Below, one piece after another: positions 42,708 to 57,559 of a stretch of 64,000 bases of DNA; the first letter of the stretch is position 1, and the number at the start of each line of letters is the position of its first letter. Under the pieces are notes generated by a model. The model did no database searches, was not told the origin of the DNA, and saw nothing but the letters and a program-made list of their open reading frames with translations. The position numbers and the translations under genes were made by a program. Source of the DNA: Eledone cirrhosa (lineage: Eukaryota); contig OZ024741.1 of the NCBI GenBank assembly GCA_964016885.1, positions 274,474,001 to 274,538,000 of the forward strand, in the 5' to 3' direction.

Positions 42708-43189
42708 GTATATATATAATGTACTATAATATAGTACACACACACACATACAAACACACAGCCACATCTTCCTGAACTAATTATGCACCGACCGTCAAGG
42801 GGAAAGGGGAAACCCTTGTCAAACCGCAATCCAGAATTATACATATATTCACCCATACATACATATATACATACATATATATATATATATATATATGAAT
42901 ATATATAAATATATGTATATATATATATATATACAGTATATATAAATATATGTAAATATATATATATATATATGTATATATATATTTATGTATATATATA
43001 TTTATATACAGTATATATATATAAATGTATATATATATATATATATATATAAATCTCTCTCTCTCTATATATATATACATATACATATATTTATATATAT
43101 TCATATATATATATATATGTATGTATGTATGGGTGAATATATATATATAAATGTATATATATATATATATACTTTATATATATATTATA

Positions 43190-43220
<31 letters not shown>

Positions 43221-43224
43221 TATA

Positions 43225-43289
<65 letters not shown>

Positions 43290-43395
43290 TATATTTATTA
43301 AAATAACAGATTATTATTATTACTATATATATATAGAGAGAGAGAGAGTAATAATAATAATCTGTTATTTTAATAAATATATATATATATATACA

Positions 43396-43443
<48 letters not shown>

Positions 43444-43478
43444 TTATATATATATATATATATACATTTATATATATA

Positions 43479-43532
<54 letters not shown>

Positions 43533-43548
43533 TGTATATATATATATA

Positions 43549-43608
<60 letters not shown>

Positions 43609-44325
43609 TATATATATATATATAGGTATGTATGTAGAGTACACGGAATAATTAACAGTTACAAATTATCGGCAGACAATATGGAAATTTGATAACAATA
43701 TTGTATTCGTTACCTGACTATTGATCTTGTTGTAGTTGTTGTTGTTGTTGTTGTTGGTGGTGGTGGTAGTGGCGGTGGTGGTGGTAGGGATGGTGGTAGT
43801 AGTGGTAGTGGCGGTGGTGTTATTGTTGTTGCGGTGATGGTGTTGGTGTTGATGGTTGTTGTGGTGGTGGTGGTAGTGGTGATATTTAGCCCCAGGTCAG
43901 TTTTAATCAAACAGACTTATGATCAAAAAGTATTCCAGCCGTGTCTAACCCATCTGATTTTTCACTTTGAAAGACCTTCTCTAGGATCATATCATACTGT
44001 GTCTTTTCACTCAGACGACAGCTGATTTGGCTGCTATTTCTAGAAAATTAAGTGGCCACATAAAAACTCTTTTTGATGATTCATAGTGCCATGTATTATA
44101 TGTGTCTGTCCCTCTGTGTAGGTGAGTGCGTGTCTGTGTGTGCGAGTGTCTGTGTGTGCGTGAGTGTGTGTGTGTCTGTGCGTACGAGTGTCTTTGTGTG
44201 TGAGTGTGTGTGTGTCTGTGCGTACGAGTGTCTTTGTGTGTGAGTGTGTGTGTCTGTGTGATGTGTTGAGGTCTTACTAACTCTAAACAAGCTTCGGGAC
44301 AGGCTAAACTTAAAGCTGCAGTTGT

Positions 44326-45697
<1,372 letters not shown>

Positions 45698-45700
<3 letters not shown>

Positions 45701-45893
45701 GGTGGGATAGAAGTCACTTCTTTTATTAATAAAACATTTCAAATTAAGAGAAAAAAAAAATTTTTTTATTTTTAAATTAAATTTCATAATTGTATCTTGT
45801 TTTTATTCAACTTTAATCTGAAAGAAAAAATATAATATTTTAATAATAAAAATATGAATGGTTTTTAATAGGAAGTGACTTCTGGGGCCCACG

Positions 45894-45896
<3 letters not shown>
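45698..45896. mobile_element. Tc1/mariner-type MITE
   Basis: Imperfect ~40-bp TIRs cagggtggg..agaagtcacttc / gaagtgacttct..cccacgctg with TA flanks. Confidence 0.8.
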
Positions 45897-45947
<51 letters not shown>

Positions 45948-46072
45948 AGAGATACAGAAATAGATAGATAGATACATACATACACACATACATACATACG
46001 TACATACATACATACATACATACATACATACATACATACATACATACATACATACATACATGCATACATACA

Positions 46073-48886
46073 AATTTAAAAACCAAAATTTTGTCCCTGA
46101 GACGAAGTATCTCACACATCGCAGTCGTTATGAAATGCAACATAGAGAGCAACTTCACACGACACCAGGAAGACCTAAAGAAAAAGTTAGAGAGACGATT
46201 TGGAGATACCAAATTTAAAACTTTGAACTCCAAATTACACCAGTTGAAACAACAACTCACAGCTACAACAGAAAGACTAAAATATAAGTCAACAGCCCAT
46301 AAACGACAAGTGCTAAATAGATTGTTTGCCAGAGATCCTAAATCAGTTTATCGCAGCTTCGGTGGCAAAAGCTCAATCCCTGTAAACGACACCCCTTCAA
46401 AAGAACAGGTTGAGAACTACTGGAGATCTGTATGGGAAACGGATGACGGATTCAACAGACAAGCTAATTGGCTAAAACAACTGGAACAGGACTACTGCCA
46501 ACATGTCCAGACAAAACAATATGACATAGATGGGTCAATACTGGAAACAGCTCTACAGAAAATGTCGAATAGGAAATCGCCAGGCCCAGACCTCATTACA
46601 GGATACTGGTTAAAGAATTTCACTTTCTATCGGCAAGATCTCATACGGCTGTTTACAGAAACCATTAAGGGCACACAAGAACTGCCCAGATGGTTATCAA
46701 CTGCCACTACTCTCCTCATTCCCCAAAATAGCCAAACCACCCTTGCTAAAAATTACCGCCCAATTGCCTGCCAAAACATCATGTATAAATTATATACTGG
46801 GTGCCTTAACCTGTTCTTACAGGATCACTGTGCTACCAACAACATCATAACACCTGAGCAAGCTGGTGGAAAGAGGGAGGTGTGGGGTTGCATAGATCAC
46901 CTACTAACTAACAAAATGATTCAGGAAAAAACAACAAAGAATCGCAGAAACATGACTGTCGTGTGGCTGGACTATCAAAAAGCATTTGATAGTGTACCTC
47001 ATGGGTGGATTATTAAGGCTTTACAGTTAGCTAAAGTCCCACAACCATTAGTAGCTGCTGTTGAACGCCTGACCAAGAACTGGTACACCAATTTGATCCT
47101 TAGAGGTGAGAAGGAGCAGGTTAAGACTGATAGGATACATTACCAGAAGGGCATCTTTCAGGGTGATAGCTTGTCAGTACTACTCTTCGTTCTCTCACTG
47201 AATCCACTATCTTACCTACTCAGGAAACAAGGTGGACAAAGAAGTGGGCCCAGAAGTATCTCCCATCTTTTCTTTGTTGTTGACCTGAAGTTGTATGGGC
47301 CAAATATCAATGACAACAAGAAACAATTGGACCTCATTACACAATTTTCAACCGACATCAAAATGAAATTTGGTGAGTCCAAGTGTGCATATTTGGCAGT
47401 AAAACGTGGAAGAGCTGTGCCCTCCTCTAGAAATCTAGAGATGAACGGCCTGACAATACAACCTCTGCAGTCAGGTGACAACTACAGATATCTTGGACAG
47501 GATGAGAATGTCAGATATGATGGACCCATAAATAAGGAGAGAACCAGAACTGAATACCTCAGAAGAGTAAAGAAAATATGGTCATCAGAACTGTCAGCAT
47601 ACAACAAATACATTGCCCACAATACCTATGCTGTGCCAATTCTAACGCCAACATTTGGCCTACTGAACTGGTCATTGCAAGAACTAAGTGAGATGGATGT
47701 TAGAACTCGAAAACTTCTCAGTGTTACTGGGAACTTTAACATCAATGGTGATGTGGATAGGCTATACTTCTCACGCAAGGAAGGTGGCCGGGGTCTAAAA
47801 TCAATATTAACAACATATGAGACCCGGATAGTAACACTGAAGCAACACCTTCAACAGAGGAAAAAGGTTGGCGACCATCTTGCTCAGGTTTATGAGCATG
47901 AAAAAAGAAATATCATTAGAATAGCGACTGATCTGGAGGAGAGATATGGAATAAAGCCTGATATAAATCTCTCACCCAGAGAAATCGGAAGATCCTATTC
48001 AATGTTCAAACAAGAAAAAAAAATTGACCAATTTACAGAGAAAGTTGTGCATGGATACTTGAAGCGTAAAACACAGACCGTAGAGGGGATAAACCACTCA
48101 AAAAGCCTGGCATGGAGTTCCGACAAGTTTATGACATCACACCTTGAGGGATATCTCTATGCAATACAGGAACAAGAACTCCCTACCAAATATCTGCTGC
48201 ACAAAAGAGGAGGGCCAGCAGCTGACAATAAATGTAGGCTATGTAAAACAAAGATCGAGGATGTAAGCCACATTGTTGCCAGCTGCGAAAGAATGTCATC
48301 TCGCTACTACCTCCCCATGAGACACGATGGGATAGCTAGAACTATCTGGAAAGCACTTCGGAAAACAAAATTAACAACAAACGAGGAAGAATATATTGAG
48401 ACAGATGGCACTAAGGAATACTGGTGGAACCTGAAAATAAAAACTGCCACCAAATTAAAGCACAACCGGCCTGATATTGTAGTTTGGGACCACACATTGA
48501 AAACGTGTTCTGTTGTGGAGATCAGCTGCCCACTTGATGTAAACGTTGTCAGAAAAAAACAGGAGAAGGAGGACATCTACGGACCATTGATGAGGAGTTT
48601 ACAAATCCAGTATCCAAGATACACCTTTAGCTTCATACCCATCATTATTGGTGCTACGAGTTATATACCAACCCGCTTGGACCAAAGTATGACCGAACTT
48701 GGATTTGCGGACAAAAAGCGCAGCTCCCTAATTCATAGTCTACAAATGGCTGCGATAGCTGGCACCTTCAAAATTTGCAAAACATTCTTGCGATTCAAGG
48801 GATGACAATTTCTTTTCTTTTACAACCTTGCCACCAGGAAGGTGGCCGGTCAAAAAAATATACTCGAAATTAAGAGAAAGAGAAAA
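46073..48886 (+). mobile_element. R4/Dong-like non-LTR retrotransposon (RT plus restriction-like endonuclease), 5'-truncated, in (CATA)n
   Basis: 904-aa ORF. An apparent 26-bp TSD catacatacatacatgcatacataca lies at 46047-46072 and 48887-48912. Confidence 0.88.
46091..48805 (+). CDS. Reverse transcriptase + CCHC knuckle + PD-(D/E)xK restriction-like endonuclease; RT catalytic motif altered to FVVD
   Basis: KSPGPD, YRPIAC, WLDYQKAFDSVPH, GIFQGDSLS, FFVVDL, YRYLG, GGRGL, CRLC..HIVASC, RHD, HNRPDIVVWD..VEISCP..K. Confidence 0.92.
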   Translation: MSLRRSISHIAVVMKCNIESNFTRHQEDLKKKLERRFGDTKFKTLNSKLHQLKQQLTATTERLKYKSTAHKRQVLNRLFARDPKSVYRSFGGKSSIPVNDTPSKEQVENYWRSVWETDDGFNRQANWLKQLEQDYCQHVQTKQYDIDGSILETALQKMSNRKSPGPDLITGYWLKNFTFYRQDLIRLFTETIKGTQELPRWLSTATTLLIPQNSQTTLAKNYRPIACQNIMYKLYTGCLNLFLQDHCATNNIITPEQAGGKREVWGCIDHLLTNKMIQEKTTKNRRNMTVVWLDYQKAFDSVPHGWIIKALQLAKVPQPLVAAVERLTKNWYTNLILRGEKEQVKTDRIHYQKGIFQGDSLSVLLFVLSLNPLSYLLRKQGGQRSGPRSISHLFFVVDLKLYGPNINDNKKQLDLITQFSTDIKMKFGESKCAYLAVKRGRAVPSSRNLEMNGLTIQPLQSGDNYRYLGQDENVRYDGPINKERTRTEYLRRVKKIWSSELSAYNKYIAHNTYAVPILTPTFGLLNWSLQELSEMDVRTRKLLSVTGNFNINGDVDRLYFSRKEGGRGLKSILTTYETRIVTLKQHLQQRKKVGDHLAQVYEHEKRNIIRIATDLEERYGIKPDINLSPREIGRSYSMFKQEKKIDQFTEKVVHGYLKRKTQTVEGINHSKSLAWSSDKFMTSHLEGYLYAIQEQELPTKYLLHKRGGPAADNKCRLCKTKIEDVSHIVASCERMSSRYYLPMRHDGIARTIWKALRKTKLTTNEEEYIETDGTKEYWWNLKIKTATKLKHNRPDIVVWDHTLKTCSVVEISCPLDVNVVRKKQEKEDIYGPLMRSLQIQYPRYTFSFIPIIIGATSYIPTRLDQSMTELGFADKKRSSLIHSLQMAAIAGTFKICKTFLRFKG

Positions 48887-49865
48887 CATACATACATACA
48901 TGCATACATACATACGTACATGGTGGCTGCCAACTCGTTTTCGAGTACGGCCACTACTTTATATCCATGTAGGAGAACCCCTACCGATGCGCTGAACGGT
49001 CCAGCCAGCGACTTGAAAACTCTGGTACAAACACTACACTTGTGACAATTATTGACACATAGTGCTGGGCCCATGATACCATGTGACGACAAGTGCAGAG
49101 AGATCTCCAGATATAACGCAATGCCTGTGCCGTGAAGCTTTTATAGTGAGCAAAGGCACTGCACAAAGCCAGTCCCACTCTCTTAACCAAGATGATATTT
49201 ACCAAAAAGAAGAACAAGTCAACATCATTGAATAATATCAGGGTTGCAGGTGTTATATCAGAGTTTTCCTTCTCCTAGAATTCTGCCTTGACAAAGGCTA
49301 AGGGGTCATCTCTCCCGGACATACGTACATACACACATACACACATACATTCATACACACATACACACATACATATGTACATACGTACGTACATACATAC
49401 ATACATACATACATATACACATATATATATGACTCTTAAATTTCGACTGTTAGACGACGTCGCAAGATGTTCATGTAAACTAATATATAATATATATGAT
49501 ATATGTAATATATATGATATATGTAATATATATAGTACATATAAGATATATAATATATATGATATATATACTATATATGATATATATATAATATATATAA
49601 TATATATGATATATATAATATATATAATACATATAATATATATTATGTATATAATATATATAATATATATAATGTATATGATATGTAAAATATATATGTA
49701 ACATAAAATATATGTGATACATATAATATATATATAATATATATGATATATATATATATATATCATAAAATATATATATATATATATATATACATACATA
49801 TACGTGTTTTGTAACGGGTCACTTTGTTGCTCAATGAAAAGTTAATAAATTAAATAATCAGAGCT

Positions 49866-50403
49866 ATATATCATAAAACATGTCTATAGAATCACCAGAT
49901 AAAATATATACCATTTCCTCTCCCAATTAGCATAATTAACTATATAAAAATCGAATAGACCAGGCTATAAGAATAAGGCTTCTATGAAGAAATCTCCAAC
50001 AAATAACTGAAACTAGCCCTTCGCGACGGAATATTTATCGAATATTTCGACAGCGTAATCGCCCAGATACAGTCAATTAAACAGAATTAGGTGTAAAATA
50101 AACTAGGAGAAAATAGAATACATTTATTACCTCTACCATGGTTTCGTCCGCATTTTGAGATTTCCAATAACTTTGGAACTCGAGCATCGGACTCATCAGG
50201 AGTTTGCTCCGATCCAGACATTAAATTTTCCAAAGTAATCGCGCCAAGAATTCATTCAAAAATGGCTAAGAATCGTGACGTAGCAGCGGTCAGTTTGGAA
50301 GGAGTGTGGTAGTTGCTTACGGCTGGTGGCTTTTTGCTAGAAAGCACAGAACAATACAGCCAAATTTGTATCTCAACCTAATGGGAGATTATTACATATA
50401 AAG

Positions 50404-50444
<41 letters not shown>

Positions 50445-50510
50445 CATACATATATATATACATACATACATTATCTGGTGATTCTATAGACATGTTTTAT
50501 GATATATATA
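49866..50510 (-). mobile_element. Non-coding PLE-like element with ~40-bp inverted ends and an internal hammerhead
   Basis: 49866-49905 is inverted at 50470-50510. 49866-49945 is homologous to 2866-2945. HHR at 50131-50202. Confidence 0.55.
50131..50202 (-). ncRNA. Type I hammerhead ribozyme
   Basis: Minus strand: ctc CTGATGA gtccg...cggac GAAA ccatgg TA gag. Confidence 0.8.
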
Positions 50511-50520
50511 TATATATCGT

Positions 50521-50599
<79 letters not shown>

Positions 50600-50828
50600 A
50601 AATATATATATATATCATAAAATATATGTAATATATATAATACATAAAATATATACAATATATATTATATATATAATACATATGTCTACAATAAGAGAGG
50701 CAGTAGCAACAAACCAACAGCTCTCCTGATGACATATATGTGAAGGTCTAGAAACTTTGATGTAGTTATGGACTTGAAAACGACGTTCCAAACCAAGTGT
50801 AATGGCATTATTAAAAAATAGATGCGGT

Positions 50829-51312
50829 GGATTGGCAGTATTGGTAGAGTGTCGGACGCCATGTTTTCCAGCATAGTTACGTCCCTTTCAGGTCCGAGTT
50901 CAAATCCCGCCGCGGTTAACTTTGCCTTTCATCCTTACGGGGTCGATAAAATAAAGTACCAGTAATGTACTGGGTAATTGATGGCCTTGTGCGAAAAAGT
51001 AGAAACAATTATTAAAAAATACGTCGGGGCATTGGCAATAACGGTAGAAGGTCGGACGCCATGCTTTGCAATATAGAGTTACTACCCTTTACAGTCTGAG
51101 TTCAAATCCCGCCGAGGTTCACTTTGCCTTTCATCCTTACAGGGTCGATAAAATAAAGTACCAGTAATACACTGGTATAATTGTTGGCTTTGTGCCAAAA
51201 GTAGAAACAATTATTAAAAATTACGGCAGATTGGAAGAATTGGTAGTGTCTGACGAAATGCTTCGTGGCATAGAGTTACGGCACTATACGTTCTGATTTC
51301 ATATCCCACCAA
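50829..51312 (+). mobile_element. Tandem array of tRNA-derived SINEs (two full copies and one partial, ~200-bp period)
   Basis: Units start near 50829, 51028 and 51227. The first two have A/B boxes, the core and the tail ggccttgtgccaaaagtagaaacaattatt. Confidence 0.88.
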
Positions 51313-52645
51313 GCTATATGAACAATAACAGCACTTTGGGATGGGAACTTCCCTCAAGCTATAGGGACTTCACCGGGACGTGTAGACACCTCAGGGCCGG
51401 GACCTTCCTCTAGTTATATGGACAACAACAACGCATTAGGAAGGGAACTTCCCTCAAGCTATAGGGACACCGAGCCCCGCCACACCGAGCCCACGGTAAA
51501 CCACCCCCTACACTTTCACCACCCCTACCCCTGCCTATATCGACTCCTATGCATATGTCCATACATAGATCCTGTTATTTAAGATTGTACATGCACTGAT
51601 ACTTACATGTGTGTGTGTGTGTGTGTGTGTGCGTGTGTGTGCGTGTGTGTGCGTGTGTGTGCGAGTATATATATACATATATATATATGGGTGTGTGTGT
51701 GTTTGTATAATCTGTGTGTGTGTGGGGGTGGGAGTGAATATGGGATGCACCTGGGCCCGTGTTGGTGCGTGTGGGCTTGCAACGATGTGGGTTGACATAC
51801 ACGCATATGTACTCTATGCCGTATTAAAAACTTTAGTCCTCTGCATTTACGAATTTTGACACTCATGTTATGGTGTTTTACACTCCATTCTTGCCTCATT
51901 TGCTCTTAAAACACACCACCCCATGATAGTGTAAAGATCGTAATCCTTTGCATTTCCCGATTCTGACACAGCCTTTATACTTCAGTCAATATTTTCCACA
52001 TCTTTCAAACTTTAATATTGGCTATAACACACACGCACTTTATTCTTCTTTGATATTTGATATTTGATATTGGTTATAACAAACACGCATTTTATTCTAT
52101 TTTATTCATTTATTTATTTATTTTTTTACTTCTTCATTTTATTGTATCGTATCTTATTTTATTATTTATTTTATCTTATTTTTTTATATTTTATTTCTTC
52201 ATTTTTACCTTATCTGATTCCATTATCTGTTTGGCACCCCCCCCCCACCACCACCACCACCACGTGAAAGGGTGGTAGGATTGATGCCAACCCACACACA
52301 CTCATTCTTCTAAAGACAGCAGCAGTAGAACTAAGGCTGACCTGCCAGCTAACCCCATAACACCAATAAGCACAAGGGAGGAGGTCAGCTCTACTTAACA
52401 AAAACAACCACAACAGATTGTCTTGCCTCAGGAAAAATTCTATAGACTTTTGACTGAGGAATGTTCTCACAACTGACTAATGGGAGGAGAGAGTGTCCTA
52501 TGATGCCGAAATTCGTTTGTTCGAATTCATATGATTCCAGTTCCTCAGAGAAATAACAACCCAACCAGGAGCTGGACATATCGGAGTATTGACGGAGTAA
52601 AACACTTTAACAACATGTGTACCTGTCTCTACCACACCAATTCGG

Positions 52646-52700
52646 ACTGCCTGAAGAGGTCACAACCAATGATGGCTGTCTCCGAAATATATATAGCAGT
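52646..52700 (+). ncRNA. Minimal type I hammerhead ribozyme
   Basis: actgc CTGAAGA gg..acaacca-atga-tggctgt..cc GAAA tatata TA gcagt. Confidence 0.78.
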
Positions 52701-52852
52701 ACATCTTTAATAAACGAAGCCAAATCTTAAATATTTGACTTAATTACTTTATTTTACATTACTCCGGAGTAACCAAACCAACTGCGTACTTCGTCGAGTG
52801 CTCCAATCTCCATACTTAGGTGTCGGTAAACAACCAAGATATACTCAAAATA

Positions 52853-52889
<37 letters not shown>

Positions 52890-52890
<1 letters not shown>

Positions 52891-53475
52891 TAAAGTTAGT
52901 CCTTCATCAGTGATCTTCCAACCATCATTGGTATTTCATCGCTTTAAAGACCATATACCTCCGGTTGGTGCGAGCAACGGCTAAAAAAAGTCGTTGGGAC
53001 ACGTAAATAAAGGGGACACGAGAGTGTAAACAAACAAAGATGGTGAAGCAACGAAAAGTGAGGAAGAACGAGTCAAGTCCCAAATTTCCATGAATATAAA
53101 TTCGGTGAAATCGTGAACGAGAGATAATAAAGACCATCAAACCTGGTTGGAATGTGAGCAAGGAAGGAATTCCGTACAGGTCTAACGGGAGGAAGAAGGG
53201 ATCTAGTCTGTGAATTCGGTGAACGTAAGTTCTGTGAAATCGTAGACGAGAGTGAGAAAAAAAGCGAACGAAGGAAGTGTGGTAAGGAACCCGGTGGACC
53301 ATAACGCACCAGAGTCCTCGATACTTTGGGTAGTAGAGTGGGTAATAGGAAAAGGTTCAGGACCCCTTCAATAGAGAGGTTTCTACACCTATAGCTAGGA
53401 CTTTCTTCAAATTGCTATATATATAGGAAAAGGTTCAGGACCCCGACGGCAGAGCTCAAGCCGTTTTGACGGCTA
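52890..53475 (-). mobile_element. Dispersed non-coding repeat (probable PLE UTR/pLTR family)
   Basis: Homologous to 63810-64000, 36470-36595 and, in part inverted, 63135-63215. Carries hammerhead half-motifs. Confidence 0.6.
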
Positions 53476-53579
53476 TATATATATATAGGAAATTGAAGAA
53501 AGTCCTAGCTATAGGTGTAGAAATCTCTCTATTGAAGGGGGGGGTTGTATCAACTAATCTGCCTATGCCTATTTCTCCT

Positions 53580-53925
53580 AGGTAGCCTTGGGGTGGTTTC
53601 TAGATAAGTAATCCTTTCTTTCGGGCGAGGGCGTCGTTGTAGTAAGCGGCAGGGGCGCTAAAAATATCTTTATTGGCTGAGAGACCGGAATTTCTGATTG
53701 AGACGCTTTTAACTAAGTTATCTGTGATGTTGTTGGGGTGGTTCGAACTAACATTTATGTATCTGAGGGAGGCGTTAGGTTTGTGGTACGGGTAATAGAG
53801 GGAAGTATCTAAGTCGAGAGTGACATTTAAAAAGTTGTCCCTAGTCATATTTGATTCTATGGTTATTATAAATCCTAGTTTACGGAAGAACGAGCTTAAG
53901 TTTCTCCGAAACCCCTTCTGGGATG
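53580..53925 (-). pseudogene. Penelope-like RT C-terminus/thumb fragment
   Basis: FFRKLGFIITIESNMTRDNFLNVTLDL..YYPYHKPN..YINVSSNHP..YYNDAL. Adjacent inverted repeat 53363-53425 vs 53480-53540. Confidence 0.85.
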
Positions 53926-54740
53926 CTCACATATATATATACGCGCGCACATGAATATATATATGTATATATGTATGTACATGACACACACATACACATG
54001 TGTATACATGTATGTATATATATATATGGCTATGTGTGTGTGTGAGTATGTGTAAGATTTCATTAACAAATGTTACTGAAAGTTTCATAAAAACTCTACG
54101 TAAGGCAGGAATAAACCAAAGAACCGTTGGCTTTTAAACGGTTTGACATATTGCGTCGTCATGTATGAAATTTGTAGAAATTTGTTTTTCCTCTAGCAAT
54201 TTCTACAAATTTCATACTTGATGACATTATATATTGACCATCCATCAACAACAATTACACTATACATGATGTCTCTATAGTCCAGAGTATATTCAGATGT
54301 TATAGCAAGGGAAACAACTCTTTATTGTATACACTCACTTCACAGTAAAATCATCAGTCCTAGGTAGCCATGAATCAGTGTGTTAACATTTCTCCCGGAG
54401 TGTTCTGCATATGAAGGAAAGTCACATGTGGAGTACATGGTGAATAGTTAATATATATCTGGTGATTTTAAAACCCCAAGGCGCCATTACTGTACGCCAT
54501 CATTTATACATTACATATTTGCTGTTTAAGTTTATATGAAACTCTAAGTAACATGTGCTGACAAGTCTCTTCAACGTAAATATAAAACATTTATCTCTAT
54601 TTTCATAACATTAAATCCTTTTTTTTTTCATATAACATTTGTTCAAATACTCACCCACATATATATGTATATGTTCATACATACACACACACATGCACAC
54701 ACACACGCATGCAAACACACACGCACACACACACATGCAA

Positions 54741-54817
<77 letters not shown>

Positions 54818-55034
54818 TAAACATGTGTGTATGTATGTATGTATATATATATACATATACATATATACGCACACATATACACACACATATATATATATAC
54901 TTACACACGCATATAAATATATATATACATGCATACATATATTTACATATGTGTGTTTTTCGTGTGTAAACACGCACATCCTACACACGCATATGTGCAT
55001 ATTGTTATATACATATATACCATTTTATATGTAG

Positions 55035-55124
<90 letters not shown>

Positions 55125-55125
55125 T

Positions 55126-55161
<36 letters not shown>

Positions 55162-55165
55162 GTTT

Positions 55166-55200
<35 letters not shown>

Positions 55201-57559
55201 CAACTAAGTGATATTTCCATTCCATGTCATGTCTGACTCCTTACCTGTCCTCCAGTCCCCTTCTAACCACCCCAGCCCCTAGTCAGCCCAATATAATGTG
55301 AAAGCGAAGTAATTAGAGGTTTTTCGAATCGATCCGAAATGTCCGCCAAGGGAGTAATTAACAGTGGGTCATGTGACTAGCCTCACTTTCGCGAGACATC
55401 TCTCCAGAACGACAACAATAATAACAATAATAATAACCATAATGGCAGCAGCTATAATGATAACAATAACCACTACGTACATGTGTAACCCTACAATCAC
55501 CTCCACCACTACCACCAGCACCACCACTAACATCACAACCAGCACTACCACAACCAACACCGCCACCAACACCAATGCTACCACCACCAACAACACCACT
55601 TACAACAATAACAACACCATCACCAAACCATACCACTACAATCTTCACCAACTCCTTCACCACCAACACCACTGCAACCATCATCCTCACCACCAATAAC
55701 GGCAACAACCACCCTGAGACCACCACCATCAATAACATCAACACCACTAGCGCCAACAACAACAACATCAACACCACCATCACTACCACTAACACCACCA
55801 CCACCATCAACAACACCAACATCAACAACACCACCAACATCAACACCACCACCACCACCATCAACAACATCAACATCAACACCAACATCAACACCAACAT
55901 CAACAACACCACCAACACCATCAACAACATCAACATCAACACCAACATCAACAACACCACCAACACCACTACCACCAAATACAACATAAGCACCACCTGC
56001 ACCAACAATAACAACATCAACCCCACCATCAACCCCACCACCACCACGAACAACACCACCACCACCACCACCACTACCACTAACACCACCACCATCATCA
56101 ACCCCACCACCACCACCAACCCCACCCCCACCAACCCCACCACTACCACCACCACCATAAACAACAACAGAGAGACAAACCACGTCCTAAACCAACAAAA
56201 ATTATCCAAACAAGAAAAAGAAAACCCAACATAAATAAAAACACAACAATAACACAAACAAACAAACAAATCAAGAAATAAAGAAAGAAAGAAACAAACA
56301 AATAAATCAAGAAATAAAGAAAGAAAGAAACAAATAAATCAAGAAATAAAGAAACAAACAAACAAACAAATAAATCAGGAAATAAAAAAAGAAACATACA
56401 AACAAGAAAACAAACTTTCAAAAACAACAAAACCTAACAAAACAATTCAAAGATACACGGAAACAAACAACGAGAATTTGAAATGTAAATTGTTCTGAAA
56501 TCTGTGGTGGTGGTGGTGGTGGTAGTGGTGATAGTGGTGGTGGTGGTGGTGGTAGTGATAGTGGTGGTGGTGGTGGTGGTGATAGTGGTGGTAGTGGTGG
56601 TGGTGGTGGTTGTGGTGTAGTGGGGTGGTGGTGATGGTGGTGGTTGTGGCGGTTGTGATGTAGAGGTGGTGGTGATAGTGGTGGTGTTGGTGGTGGTGGT
56701 GGAGGTGGTGGTTTAGTGGTGGTTTAGTGGTGGTGGTGGTGGTGGTGTAGTGGTGTAGTGGTGGTGGTGATAGTAGTGATAGTGGTGGTGGTAGTGATAG
56801 TGGTGGTGGTGGTGGAGGTGGTCATGGTTGTGGTGGTGATGGTGGTTGTCTTGGTGGTTTATGGCTGTGTAGAGGTAGTGGAGGTTTGTGTTGGTGGTGG
56901 TGGTCGTGGTGGTGGTGTTAGTGGTTTATGGGTATGTAGTGGTAGTGGAGGTGGTGGTGGTGGTGATGGTGTAGTGGTGGTGGCGGTGGTAATAGTGATA
57001 GTGGCGGTGGTTTGTCGCTGTTATCGTCATCGCTGTAGTGATGTCAGCTTGGAGAAAGAAAAAGTGATAGAATATGTTAGGGTTATGATCTGGAGAGAGC
57101 GTAAGAGGTACGATCGTTTAGAGAGATCGATATTGAAAAGAGAGAGACACAAAAGATAGATAGAGAGACACATTGGTACCAAGTAGAAAGCACTGCCATG
57201 TCAACGATCAAGGTTTCCTAACCTGAGCGATATCAACACCCCGTGGGTGATTTCAACTGTTGTGTGGGCGATGAGCAACTGGACAGAAAATGGTGTGTGA
57301 ATGGAAATTTTGGTGGACTATATAGGATTTTGAGTATTAAGAGAGTATTTCAACATATGCTAACTGAAAAATATAGATTCAAAGAAGAGGGGAGAGCTAC
57401 ACATAAAAGACTTATTTTAATGTGTAATCATTTCACTGTTACTTCAGTCAATACTCAGGATTCAAACTGTAAATAGGAATTCACAATGTTTGTCACAAGT
57501 ATGAAACTTCACTCTTGACAGGTACAATGTGTCCGAACACGGAAGAGCCAAACTTCCAC

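Noticed and set aside
50726-50770. CTGATGA...GAAA in the SINE-module spacer
   Set aside because: Neither copy shows credible stem I or stem II pairing.
52454-52535. CTGAGGA...GAAA ttcg/cgaa
   Set aside because: Stems I and II do not pair.
54160-54225. ~25-bp-arm hairpin
   Set aside because: It is an isolated AT-rich inverted repeat with no further supporting structure.
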